Shown here one piece after another: positions 12,299 through 24,388 of a DNA stretch of 64,000 bases. Position 1 is the stretch's first letter. Every line of letters starts with the position of its first letter. The stretch is from Lingula anatina. Taxonomy: Eukaryota > Animalia > Brachiopoda. Location: the NCBI GenBank assembly GCA_051362555.1, contig CM120644.1, positions 23,706,534-23,770,533 on the forward strand, given 5' to 3'. The position numbers and the translations under genes are program-made. The notes beneath the pieces are model-generated. The model was not told where the DNA came from. It saw nothing but the letters and a program-made list of their open reading frames with translations, and did no database searches.

Positions 12299-13347
12299 CT
12301 GCAAATATATAAAATAATAATAATAATATTTATTTATAGTCTAAAATCCAACATGTGTTCAGTAGACTTTACAAAAATTATTAAATTCAAATTAAAAGAA
12401 AAATATTGCTAATGGTTATAAGATGAAAAAAAAGAAGGAAAATGATTATAGAAAAATATTAAAGATGAAATATTAGGATATATAAAATGGATAAAAAAGG
12501 GGAAAATTAAAACTATGACTAAGAACAGATTTTCTTAAGAAGTGTTTTTTCAAGAATTTAAACAGCCATTCCACGAAAAGGGGTACAATTCCAAAACAAG
12601 AAATGCAGCGATATGAACTTTGCAAAACTGGAAAACTTTTCATATTATTTTGATGAAGAGGTATTCAGAGAGAAGTAGAATAATTTTAACCCACACCATT
12701 ACTGTATTTAAAGAAATATGCACGTGTAAACATGGTACAGTATTTTTTTTGTTACGGAGGTTAGGCAACATCTAAATTAGGTTATATTTCAATCATGCCA
12801 CAGGTCACAGGCTCCCACCCTGAGCTTCAGAGCTAACTTGACACTAACCTTTTCACTGTAGCCTATCCCCATCGTGTCAAGTAACCTCTGACCAGATTCG
12901 AGTGCCCCCGCCGCCCGCCAATCAAATTTAAAGCCCGCACTCAATGACTCATTGAACGATCTAGCCAATGAACGCGAACGAGGCAAATCCGGACCAATCA
13001 AAGATAAGGCTGAATATCAGGGACTTGCCGTAACCTGTGGGCAGCACGCAAAATACATCATCCCTCAGTAGATAATGATGCAGGGCATCATACTGCTCTG
13101 GGGCGGTATTCTCGAAGCTATCGAAAACGAAATTTTCATCGAATCCTAATCGAATCCGAAAAATCGGTATTCTGGAAGCTATCGAAAATTTTTTCATCGA
13201 AATCGTTAACGAATTTTTCGATGAAAATTTCGACAGCCTCAGCGTTGTCGAAAGCTCATCGAAAGCTCGTCGAAACTAAATGCGCATGCGTGGTAGGTCA
13301 TACTATGGGTACTATTCAGCACCGATGATATCATAACAAAGATAGCG

Positions 13348-14414
13348 ATGGCTGCGTATCTTCTGCTACTCGGACGAGGAAGAAATGGAAGGAGAGTGGT
13401 GGCGCAGCGCCCTAGCGATCCTTTGGACTCATTGACTGACGAGGAGGTTGTATCCAGGTATCGCCTGAACAAACGGGGGATCCAGAAACTGGTGCAGTTG
13501 ATTGGAGGTGGCCTAGAGAGACCAACCAAGAGGTCAAAGGCACTGACACCGTTGCAGCAGGTTCTGACTGCCTTAAGGTTTTTTGCCACTGGGACCTTTC
13601 AGTCAGCAATCGGTGACCTGCACGGTATCAGTCAGCCGGCGGCTTCAAGGGCAATCTCTGCTGTGGCAGCTGCAATCGCTGCATCAGACGACCCTGAACT
13701 TGCTGTGTCTTTCCCACATGACCCAGTGGATGTGAGAAGAACACAGCAAGAGTTCTTCAGGGTCGCTGGGTTTCCCAGAGTTCTGGGATGCCTGGATGGA
13801 ACCATGGTCCCTATACTGGCTCCCCATGATGATGAATACTTGTACGTGTGTAGGAAGGGGTATCATGCCATTAATGTTCAGGCAGTGTGTGATGCCCGTC
13901 TCTTGTAAGTAGAACCTTTTTTATTCATATTTACATAGATCTACATTTAGAAAAAAACTGACAAAGTATTTTATTATAAGAAGTATTTAGGGAAAAAAAC
14001 TAAGAAATGATTGTATTGTTTACCAGTCAGATATTAAAACAAAATAACAATTTATTGTTAAAAGCCCAAACAATTTGATTTGTGATTTTTTGTGTATATG
14101 CTAAATATAGTAGAAAAAACTGTAAATTTTTGCCTATGTATGAAAGTTACTTGACATAGAAACCCCCAAAAATTAATTTCATAGGAAAATCACTAAGTGT
14201 TGCCTTGTTTTTCAGGTTTACTAATGTTGTGTGCCAGTTTCCAGGCAGCACACATGATTCATTTATATGGAGGCAGTCTGGCCTGGGGACTGCATTTGAG
14301 TCAGGGGATATGCCCTCTGGGTTTATCCTCGGTGATTCAGCCTATGTGTTGAGGCCTTGGCTGATGACTACCCACCAACAAACCTTCTCAGAAAAGCTAT
14401 GCCAAAATTATTGA
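13348..14414 (+). pseudogene. Harbinger/HARBI1-like DDE transposase, two exons, C-terminally truncated
   Basis: Exons 13348-13904 and 14216-14414. Motifs ALRFFATG, GFPRVLGCLDGT, RKGYHAINVQAVCD, FPGSTHDS, LGDSAY..RPWLMT. Similarity stops before the catalytic Glu region. Confidence 0.9.
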
Positions 14415-14831
14415 AATTTAACAATTTCTCACAATGAAACGTGTTGGTGATGAAAGCAGATACATATTTGACATCTGTTGTTTAAACTGAGTGAAGGAGT
14501 GACATTTCAAACTTTCACATTACTTGATTTTATAAGTTTATTTCATTTTCTTTGAGTAGCCTCATTTTTATCTTGTTGTATTATAAATTCTACTGAACAA
14601 ATTTGGATTTAAGATTCAAATTGTTTATCATTATTATGATCTCTAAAATTCCTATTTCTCTTTTACCTATTTATATTATAAACGCCAACATTTCATATTT
14701 CCAAGAATTTTTTTTTAATCAGTAAAATGGTCACTGGGATTTTTTATTTAATTTCAAAACCCCTTCATTTTGCAAGTTATTGCATAAAACAACTAGGAGC
14801 CATGCACAGGTAAATAAATATTTATTAACAT

Positions 14832-15925
14832 TCATTCTAGCATTGTTTGCAAATTCATTTGGGCCACCTTTGCCTCCCATTTCATTTTCTTAAATTGAAA
14901 CACTTCCTTCTTCAACTGTAACTTTTCTTCTTCCAACTCCACCAACCTCTTCAAACACAATAGTTTCTCTGATTCAACATCTACCACTTTGTCCAGTCTG
15001 CAGTCCTCTGAAAAATGTAATACAAATCATATTTTTTTAAATCACCATTTGCTTATAGAACACATTTCAATTAATGTGTGCTCCTCTGGTTATTATTGAA
15101 GTTATATTTAAAAATTCTTACTTGTCTTCCTTGATGTTTTTCTTTGTGGTACTGTAGCTGGGATTTCTGAAAAAAATTAACAAAAACATAACATTTATTT
15201 TGGTAACAAAAATAACTTATGTTAAAAAATTAGTAATAACATTGTTCTATGCATATAAAAAATAAGTCTTAAGATTACTGATATTAATAGAATACCTTCT
15301 GGCTCTTCTCTTACATGGCTTGCCTCATGTGTCCCTGGCACTATCATGTCATATTCCCCTGAGTTGATGTCTGAAAAATGTAGTTTATCTCCAGAATAGA
15401 CTTTTATTCAACTTCAGCATCTTACTTTGCCATTTAGAAACACTGCCAACATGCATAGTGATGGTATTAGTGTATAAAGGTACTGTACATATGTCTATAA
15501 AGGAGGAAAGAGTAGCTCAAATATTATTTTTAAAGATTACAGAATGTATAATAATAAAACTTACTTTCATTCAAAAATTCCATTCTCCAATGTCTGTTGA
15601 GGGCATCATCCTCATCATCATTTGTAGTGATTGTTTGAGCTGTAAACATAAAATTGATATTTTTTTCACGCTTATTAATTATTATATGTGAATTTTTCAT
15701 AAAAATGGTTGAATATAATGTAATACTAAAATAATAAAAATTAAAGATGAATGATAACTTTGGTATACTTGCCATTTTGACTCTGCTCGAAAGTGTCGAT
15801 TCCTCCCTGAAAGCCACTAATCGCTGTCTCTCCTATAATTGACACAACCTAAAACAAAAGTACAAATAATAGTCATCAATCATTTTATATGTAATAAATG
15901 AAAACAATTTATATATGTATGCATG

Positions 15926-15959
<34 letters not shown>

Positions 15960-16140
15960 TTTCGAACATTATTTTACCTTTTCTTGTATTGGAGTTAGGG
16001 TGATTTGACACCCCCCACCACCAGTCTTGTTGATTTCCCTCCTCCTCTCTGCTTCCTTCTTCTTGGTGCAGCTCGCAAAATCAGACCATTTTTTTCTGAT
16101 ATCTTTTACCTCTTTCCTCTCTATCCCTACACCATTGACT
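14832..16140 (-). CDS. Harbinger Myb/SANT-like DNA-binding protein, partial (first exon not found)
   Basis: Exons approximately 16140-15978 (KDIRKKWSDF..INKTGGG), 15848-15769, 15371-15296, 15166-15122 and 15007-14832 (coiled coil LKRLVELEEEKLQLKKE, stop, then AATAAA). Confidence 0.75.
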
Positions 16141-19100
16141 CTGAAAATCAAACAGATATTACAATTTTTTTCTGCTATAACAAAACAAACATTTAATGTT
16201 TCCAATTCTCTTCAGTATGCTGCTGGTATGCATAATGATGTAATTCCCCGTGTGTAAAAAAAAAAAAAATTAAGCATAGAATTAAAAAATAAATATATAT
16301 ATATATCAATATTCAAGTCACCTTTGTGATAATTAAGAGTTTAATGAGGAAACTGCTCGCTCCAATCCTTTATTTTGATGTATTTTCTCGCCTCATGAGA
16401 GAGGAGAGTTCCGAGTCTGGAATTAGGTCACGATTTCGACAAGGATTCGATTCGTTTTCGAATCGTATTCGTTTCGATAGCTTCCAGAATACCACGAATC
16501 GTTCACGAATTTTTTAACGAATCGAAGACGAAAAAATTTCGACGTCGAAAACGTTCGAGAATACCGCCCCTGGTTTCAATTCCGATATACGCCATGCTTT
16601 CTTTGTGTACTGTTATGCACTCGGAACCACTCGGAACTACTCGGATGTCTCCGTACTCGACAATAACTATGTTGTTAGTATGGAGCTTGCGGAATCAGCC
16701 GAGGATTGCCGATTGACGATCAACCAATCAGCGTTTTCACCAAACTTTGGTGAAAAATTTTGAAACATGGATTCGATTGGCTTATATAATAATAATAATA
16801 ATAATTTTATTGAGCATTAAAATGTGTACATTTACATTTTACAAGCTCTCTAAACTACAGTATATAAACTAGGTCAAACTATTTTCGTCAGAGGTTACTT
16901 GACACGATGGAGATAGGCTACAGTGAAAAGGTTAGTGTCAAGTTAGCTCTGAAGCTCAGGGTGCAGGCTCCATATTTGATTCAATTATTAAGATTTTGTA
17001 TGTATTCAAAATATTATTGCCCATTTAAGATTTCTCTTCAATTATAGAAAATGCGATGCAAACACATTGGTAATAAGTGGCTCGTTTTCTATAAATACAA
17101 AGGCTGAGATATTCCAATTTAAACATTTTATTAATTGTTGGGGACAGACTTGCTTTTTTATCATAATATTAGTTTACGAACAAAGTTCTATCAATCTATT
17201 ATGATATGAGCATCAATCAATGAGCACACACATATCCAGTGTTCAAATGAAAAATGAGTAATTTCGTAACGGAGGTTAGGTCATTCTACATAGGTCAGCG
17301 ATCATATATTTGTTTAGATATTTTTAGCTTAAGGTAGACTTTAGAAGATGAATTTGGAATTTATAGTATTACAGATACGACAAATTTACATAATAACATA
17401 GAAAAATTGATAAAACATGTTTATTCAAACCATTAAATGGCAAATGGTTACAACGGGTTGTTTTGCTTACTTCCAAGGACTACATAAATACATTTACCAC
17501 TACTGGATACATTTCACCGCTAATATGTTGATCTATGTATCTGTAGAATTCACATTCCATATTTCACCAGAGTAAGAGTTTAGTTTATAATCTTAGTAAC
17601 AGAGGTAAGGTAAAACTCTAGTCTAAATTATGTCATACATTTAAACCGTTCAAAATCTTTCACAAGAAAAGCTTCGCGGTCATTAGATTTTTTTCTCTGT
17701 AGTGTTTTTGTCGCTCTGTATTTGTAAGTGGCATATTGGTGTCTGTATAACAAAACATTAAACCTACATGCACATGATCGCAGTTATAGGCAATAAAAAA
17801 CAACAAAATACCCGAGAAAGTTAATGCATACAATCAAGTAGGCCGACGTGTGCCAATAACTGTCCATTTAAAGTTACTGGAAGCATCTAGAAGATGGTAA
17901 AAACTATTATGTGCTACTGAAATAGTAAAATAGGACCTAATAATCCCGCAGTTCTACCTGATAAATGTAACTGTTGCTTCAATGCTTAATATATTTCGCC
18001 ATATGTCTCCCGCGAAAATAATGTCTGCTACATGCACGTTAGTACTGATGTCAGCTAGTACCATTTTTCTTGCCAAGACAGTCCTGAAAACTACTCATTT
18101 CGCTTAAAATCAGAATGATAAGTTAAAAAAGGCATCGTCAAGTGACAAATGGAAATCAATTCGATAAAACGAATCACGATTTACCCTCGATTTTATAGCA
18201 AACTGAAGTAAAAACTTAAATTATTAGCCTTTCTTGATAGAATTATCAACTATATATGTATATTTTATATCTATATTAATGCGGGGTAGGGGGCCTAATG
18301 TCTTTAACAGCAAGCTGTATAAATGCAAACTACATCAGAACATAGAAGTAGAACTACTTATATGATCAGAATTAACTCACAAATCCACAGAAATAACGTT
18401 TTAAAGTATTAACAGTCATTTTTATAACAATGAACTTATTTCGTAACGGAGGTTAGCATAACGGACGTAAGGTGACACGCATTCTTTTTCAGTTTTTATC
18501 CTCGGGATAACTTTGCATAACTATTGAATAAATTTTTTAGGAAGAAGTTGGTCTTTGCTTAACAAAAATGATATTTTTAACTTTCTAAAGCAACATTTTC
18601 TTCAAATTTGGTCCGTTACTGAGGTTAGGCTCTTAAATGCGACACCCCGACTTTTGTGAGTTAACATTCTCTATGATGGAACGCATCATTCAAAATTAAC
18701 AAATAGTACTGTTTTATTAAACTTCATGTATTATGAGTTTGAAAAATGCACAGGAAGGCCATTTAAGAGCATTTTCTTTTAATCTTACATTGACTTAAAA
18801 AAGCGTTACGGAGGTTAGGGGTTACTGAGCGACATTGATTAAACTATGACAGTGACGTAACTAACCAACAAATTCGACAGAGAACACCATGTATGATAAA
18901 AAGAAACATGAATTCAAATTAGTTGAGGACTAAAAACACTAAAACACGGGGAAATATTAACTTTTTCTTGTGGCAAATCAGCTATAATACCAAAGCGACA
19001 CGTCGAAATCGTGCTTTTTGCGGCATATAGACCCCCGGGGTTCCCGTCAAAGCAAGTGGTACTATATTAATTGTTGTTTTTTAAGTAGAACACATCGGGT

Positions 19101-19206
19101 CCTGCTAAAAAAGGCTAAAAAAAGCAAAATTGCAGATGCTTTTACTACCGAAAATAAGCTGCGACAGGTATTATTCAGAATTGTACCCTTTTTCGTGGAA
19201 TGGCTG

Positions 19207-20984
19207 TAAAGATAATATTGTTTAAAAAGGTGGGTTTTTAGTTCCTTTTTAAAATGTCCAGGGTCCACAATTTGTCTAAGACTGATGGGTAAAATATTCC
19301 ATTCTTTTGGTGCTTCAAATTTAAAAGCTTTATCACCGTATGATACTAATCTTGCCTTATAAGCCTTAAGAAGAAGGTGATCACCTGATCTGAGATTTCT
19401 TGATGGCACGTAGTGTAAAACAAGCTCATTTAAATAAGAAGGTGCAAGTTTATAAAATGCTGCATGTGCAAATGTTAAAAGTTTGAATAAAATGCGTGCT
19501 CGGACAGGGAGCCAGTGCAACATCATTAAAACAGGAGTAATGTGGTTGTCTTTTGGAGTGCGGGTCAGTAGGCGAGCAGATATATTCTGCACACGCTGTA
19601 GCCGTTTGATTTGTTCCTCTGAAGATCCATAAAGAAGGGAGTTGCAGAAATCAAGTCTTGATGTAACCAGGGCATGTATAACTGTTGCTGTAGTAGAGTC
19701 GGTTAAATGTTTTCGTAAGGAACCAATGTTTCTAATATTGAACATACATGTTTTAGATACGTTAGAAATTTGCCTGTTCATGGACAATGTACTGTCAAAA
19801 TAAACTCCCAGATTTTTGGCGTGAGATGAGACTTGTACCACGCTGGCACCTATTGACATGCTAAGACTGCGGGCAATGTTCTTGTTGTGTGGTTGAGATA
19901 TTACTAGGAATTCAGTTTTCTCGTCGTTGATCTTGAGTTTGTTTCTGATCATCCACCCCCTTATATCAGAAATACAGTTGGCTATTTTAGTAATTCATGA
20001 TTCAGGGTTTCTAATATTGCAGGATGTGTAAAGCTGAGTGTCATCAGCATAAATGTGATAACCAATCTCATGAAAACGAAGGATTGCACCAAGCGGTAAA
20101 GTATAAATACAAAATATGAGTGGTCCTAACACACTGCCTTGTGGAACACCAAAGACAAGTTGAGCTAATTCAGAGAGAACTCCGTCCACGCATACTTGTT
20201 GTGATCTGCCTGTGAGGTAAGGACGGAAAAGATCTAGTGCTGTATCTTTTATCCCAACAGTTTCTTCCAAAAATGACAGCAGTACCTGATGATCAACAGT
20301 GTCAAATGCGGCCGATAGGTCCAAGAGAACAAGTAACACAGCAGAGTGACTGTCGACCGCACGTAGCAAATAATTTTTAATTCTAAGGAGTGCTGACTCG
20401 GTGCTATGATTCACCTTGTATGCCGACTGCATTTTCTCAACCAAGTTATTTGCATCTAAGTGATTGAACAATCTTGTGGCGATCACACGCTCTACCACTT
20501 TAGACAGAAATGACAAGTTAGATACAGGTCGATAATTTTGCAAGAGTTCTGCATTTAGGTTAGGCTTTTTCAGTAGTGGACGGATAATTGCAGACTTAAA
20601 CAATTCAGGAAAATTCCCGGTTTTAAAGCAAATGTTTACAATGTGAGTTATGAGACCAATGATTGCAGGGAGAATCTGGGAGAGCAGTGTTGTCGGCATA
20701 GGGTCAAGGAGGCATGCTGTCTTCTTAGATCTAGAAATGATTTTTGTCACCTCGTCTTCCGTTGCTTCCTCAAAGGCAGTAAGTAAGAGTGAAGGCTTCG
20801 GGAGAAGATAAGAGATCGGGGGATGTAATGGTGTTGCAACTGTCTGTTCTAATGATTCAAGTTCGCCATATATATTTACTGATTTTTGCGATGTAGAAAG
20901 ATATCCCATGCTGTCAGCTAGGTCTTTCAAAGACGTTGAGGGTGGGTGCGCTACGCGTTTGTTCTTACCCATAAGACTATTAAC
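19207..20984 (-). pseudogene. L2 ORF2 reverse transcriptase remnant with one in-frame stop
   Basis: NYRPVSNL, DLSAAFDTVDH, GVPQGSVLGP, YADDTQLY, SRLDFCNSLL, LHWLPV, FKKELKTHLF. The two listed ORFs share one frame and are separated by TGA at 19995-19997. Confidence 0.92.
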
Positions 20985-21365
20985 AGACCCATTTAAAAAA
21001 GGCAGGATTTTCAATTTGATATATATATATATATATATAAACCGAATAAATGATAGGAATACCAACAGAAAGGGGAAAATTGGAGAATGATAAGACAAAA
21101 ATCGAAAAAGGTAAAAAAAAGTTTTTAAAATAGCAAAAAAGTATATACCTACAGTTAATCACCTAGCTCTATACGTCATCCCCAGAATTTTAAAAGACAT
21201 TTCCTTTTATTCCACAGTTCAATAACTGTAGACGTATTAACAGCAAAGGTAATTCTTCCATCACCACTAGGGTTACATCCTTTTTTATGGACGTTTTGTA
21301 GCATTCAGGCCATGTGCCTGTCGGTAATATTGCGCATTGTTATACAGCGAATGCAGAAAGTGCAT

Positions 21366-21396
<31 letters not shown>

Positions 21397-21702
21397 CTAG
21401 TGGGTCACACTTTCTGTCCTCGAACAAAATAGGTATATAGCGTGCTAAGGCACAAATAAACAAGCTGTTCATACAAAACCGGTTTACACGATACATATTA
21501 GCTAGTACATTTACAGGAGTCTGTGACCTGGTCAAAGGAAAAAAGGTATGTGTGATAAATATTGTTTATGGATTTTCTTTAGGCCTATACTTCTGTTCAT
21601 GATTATTCCTGACAATTGAACTGTGACGTATTATTTAGACTAAGGAACTATTCCCAGACCCTATAGTACTAACCGTGGATCTAACTGGGAATAGTACTTA
21701 CT

Positions 21703-21841
21703 GGGATTCTCGCTAAATTGCAATCAACTTGAGCGGCTTAGATCACTGTCACGCCTAGTGAAGCTTCTATCGTTTAGCAGCTTCAGAAGGCATACCAGAC
21801 ATCTAAGCCGCTTAAGTTGACTGCAATTTAGCGAGAAACCC
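21703..21841. mobile_element. Small palindromic MITE-like element
   Basis: Inverted repeats of about 40 bp: ttctcgctaaattgcaatcaacttgagcggcttagat / atctaagccgcttaagttgactgcaatttagcgagaa. Confidence 0.6.
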
Positions 21842-22298
21842 CTTGGATATGGATCGATCTTGTTAGATCGATCTAGGGTATGGGGGGCCCAGTCTTAATT
21901 TCCATTTACATCTACCGAAAGATTTGCTGCACAAAGCAAGCACAAGGCGGATAGTAAGATAGTATAAACTACAACATTGGTTAAAAAGGTTGTCCCACTC
22001 CCATTTCCATGTACTTTTATTTAAAATTGATCACCTCACACTGTAAATTGTTAGAAATAGTGCTTTTTATTCCAGATACCGTGTCTAACATGATTAATGG
22101 TTCAAAAAATACAAAATAGGCCCTAGTGGTTAAAATATACAAATTTTATACCATTAAGTAAAATTTATAACAGGTACCCCCTCTGTAATTTCTATGGATG
22201 TAAAGAAATGTCTATTAAATTGAAAGGAGGCCATCAAATGTAACCAAATCTACACACAATTAGCATTAAGGTGTGCTCGTTAAAGATCACGTGCCTTA

Positions 22299-22521
22299 GG
22301 CTTCGTTCACATGGAAAGTCTATTTCCTAAAAATCTATTTTCTATTCGCAGTATCTTATGATCACGGTCTGTGCTCTGAATACCTCGCGGCGTTATTGCT
22401 GCAGCGCGAGCCAGTTACTTCCAAAGCTGTAATTAATTCTCGGCTGTGCTCGGAGTGATCACAAGATACCGCAAATAGAAAATAGATTTTTAGAAAATAG
22501 ACTTTCCATGTGAACAAAGCC
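22299..22521. mobile_element. PIF/Harbinger MITE (GGCTTCGTTCACATG TIR), TTA TSD
   Basis: Inverted termini of about 60 bp, TTA on both flanks. Same family as 60011-60233. Confidence 0.85.
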
Positions 22522-22524
22522 TTA

Positions 22525-23006
22525 GGCTATTTTCTATTCGCTGTATATCTTATGATCACGGTCTGTGCCCTGAATACCCCGCGGCGTAATTACTGGCAGC
22601 GCGAGCCAGTTACTTCCAAAGCTGTAATTCTCGGCTGTGCTCGGAGGAGAGTCTGATACCTTGACGCATGCGCAGTAGGAAGTTAGATAGTTAATGGCGT
22701 TCGCGGTTGCTTTGAAAAATGTGTTTGTCGATTTTGTGCAAGAACAAGACGAAGAAGATGAAGAAGCTATACACACGACAGATACGAGTGCAACCGCCAT
22801 GACCCGATGGCAAGCGATGCGGCAACGGAGTATAAGATTTTATAGAATGCGAGCACAGCCGAGAATTAATTACAGCTTTGTATAAGTAACTGGCTCGCGC
22901 TGCCAGTAATTACGCCGCGGGATATTCAGGGCACAGACTGTGATCATAAGATACCGCGAATAGAAAATAGATCTTTAGAAAATAGACTTTCCATGTGAAC
23001 GAAGCC
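22525..23006. mobile_element. Longer member of the same Harbinger MITE family, abutting the previous copy, left TIR partly deleted
   Basis: Inverted arms of about 115 bp (22528-22641 vs about 22850-22970). Right end ...catgtgaacgaagcc followed by TAA. Confidence 0.75.
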
Positions 23007-23035
23007 TAAAAGCGTGTGCTACTACCGCTTACTAC

Positions 23036-23980
23036 AATTATCTCCTGTAGATGGCGCGACAAGCCTTCAGCACGGGTAACAATTCTGTTTTGTAGGATAT
23101 TGTCCCATTCTTCTTAAACAGCTTGGGGGAGTTGTTCCACGTTTTTATGGGATATGTTCTCCTCTGCATTGCACACTCCAATTTATGTCGCAGTCGATTA
23201 GTAAGGTTAATATCATCAATCAAAGTTGGTGGTTCCCTCCTTAGAGCATTGTGTTTCTACAACAAATCACTCGCCAGGCGAGAGGTGTGAGCAAGTGTGC
23301 TGTCTTGATGAAGCCTTTTAGTCAACCCCAAAGTCAGTTCTTGAAGATGGAGTGAGATATCAGCTGAGAATGCAACGTTCAGTGATCCCACAGGCATCTG
23401 AACCTGGACATCCATCACTGGAATGAAGTCTGTTTTGATGCAAAATCAATTTATTTCTCGTATTCCATCGATAGTCAAATGAGGGTCAGTAGACATGTTG
23501 AAAATGCCTCTTGGAAGGGTGTGTGCAGGATAATATTGCCTGAGGTGTTAGATCAGTCCGCATCTGGAGAACATTCCAAGCCCATGGTATTAGTACATTG
23601 TTCCTTTTGGAACAAAACGTAACTGGGGTATATTTTAATGTAACATTCTCAACAGACAGCTCACTTCATTTGCAAGAAGTTACTTCAGGGATGCTACTGC
23701 CTTCATTGTGACAACGCACTTGCTCATAGTTCTCATCTGGCAAGCGATTTGTTGCAGAAACACGGTTCTCTGAGGATGGGACAACCGTCTTTGAGTCATA
23801 ATATTAATCCTACTGAGCACCTGTGGCACTAATTGGAATGTGCATTGCATAGGAGGACCAATCCCCAAATGATCTGGACCAATTCCGCCACGCTCTTTAG
23901 GATGAATAGGACAATATCCCACAAAACAGAATTGTAACCCGTGCTGAAGGCTTGTCGCGCCATCTACAGGAGATAATTGC
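23036..23980 (+). mobile_element. Degenerate Tc1/mariner transposase relic with fold-back duplication
   Basis: Plus-strand remnants WNEVCF, CDNALAH and SHNINPTEHLWH resemble the Tc1 motifs W..V.FSDE, QDNAP.H and SPDLNPIEHLW. 23036-23200 is an inverted copy of about 23815-23980. Confidence 0.65.
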
Positions 23981-24327
23981 AGTACGCGGTTGCAATCTGT
24001 CTCTTTGGCATCCTGGCAGCACAATGGCTTCCTATTATTTGCCATCTGATTACCTCTTTGAGTCCTCCTTTAACCATTGGTTGGTGCAATATAACAAATT
24101 GTGCCCATGAAACTAGCCAAACTGGAAGCTCCACGTGCCATGGCCAAACTGTGTTTTTCGCAAATGGCATCCACATTCCATATTCTACAGTGTCCAACAG
24201 TAAATAGTACTCAAATGTCACGGTCTATAAGTCAAAATAAAGACAAGAGAAATATCTAGCTACATAAAAAGCTTGGTTGCTGAGAAATTTGAGAAATAAG
24301 CAAGTGTTGCTTAACTTATGAGCATCA

Positions 24328-24388
<61 letters not shown>

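Larger units (their letters stand above)
13101..16569 (+). mobile_element. PIF/Harbinger transposon (internally deleted), TSD CTG
   Basis: 16-bp TIR GGGCGGTATTCTCGAA, CTG on both flanks, TCGA-rich subterminal repeats, convergent transposase and Myb/SANT genes. Confidence 0.95.
12816..16963. mobile_element. Non-autonomous TIR element (about 77-bp TIR, 8-bp TSD CAGGCTCC) carrying a RecQ-type helicase fragment
   Basis: TIR CACCCTGAGCTTCAGAGCTAACTTGACAC..CTCTGAC at both ends. CAGGCTCC at 12808-12815 and 16964-16971. Minus-strand ELKPEQ..DVFCVLPTGYGKSLIF. Confidence 0.85.
12563..19206. mobile_element. Non-autonomous DNA transposon, 29-bp TIR, 4-bp TSD (Sola-like, tentative)
   Basis: CAGCCATTCCACGAAAAGGGGTACAATTC at 12563; reverse complement with 1 mismatch ends at 19206. 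TAAA on both flanks. Six internal GTWACGGAGGTTAG-like motifs. Confidence 0.8.
12312..20984 (-). mobile_element. L2-clade LINE, 5'-truncated, split by nested DNA transposons
   Basis: RT ORF2 remnant at 19207-20984; 3'UTR with AATAAA and an (ATT)n tail at 12312-12558. The flanks join to match the uninterrupted paralogous intron at 30270-30450. Confidence 0.85.

Noticed and set aside
12961-13197. 78-aa ORF as a single gene
   Set aside because: Chimera of the Harbinger terminus and the helicase fragment of the host element.
13348-14414. Domesticated host HARBI1 gene
   Set aside because: Lies within TIRs and a TSD alongside a Myb partner, and is truncated.
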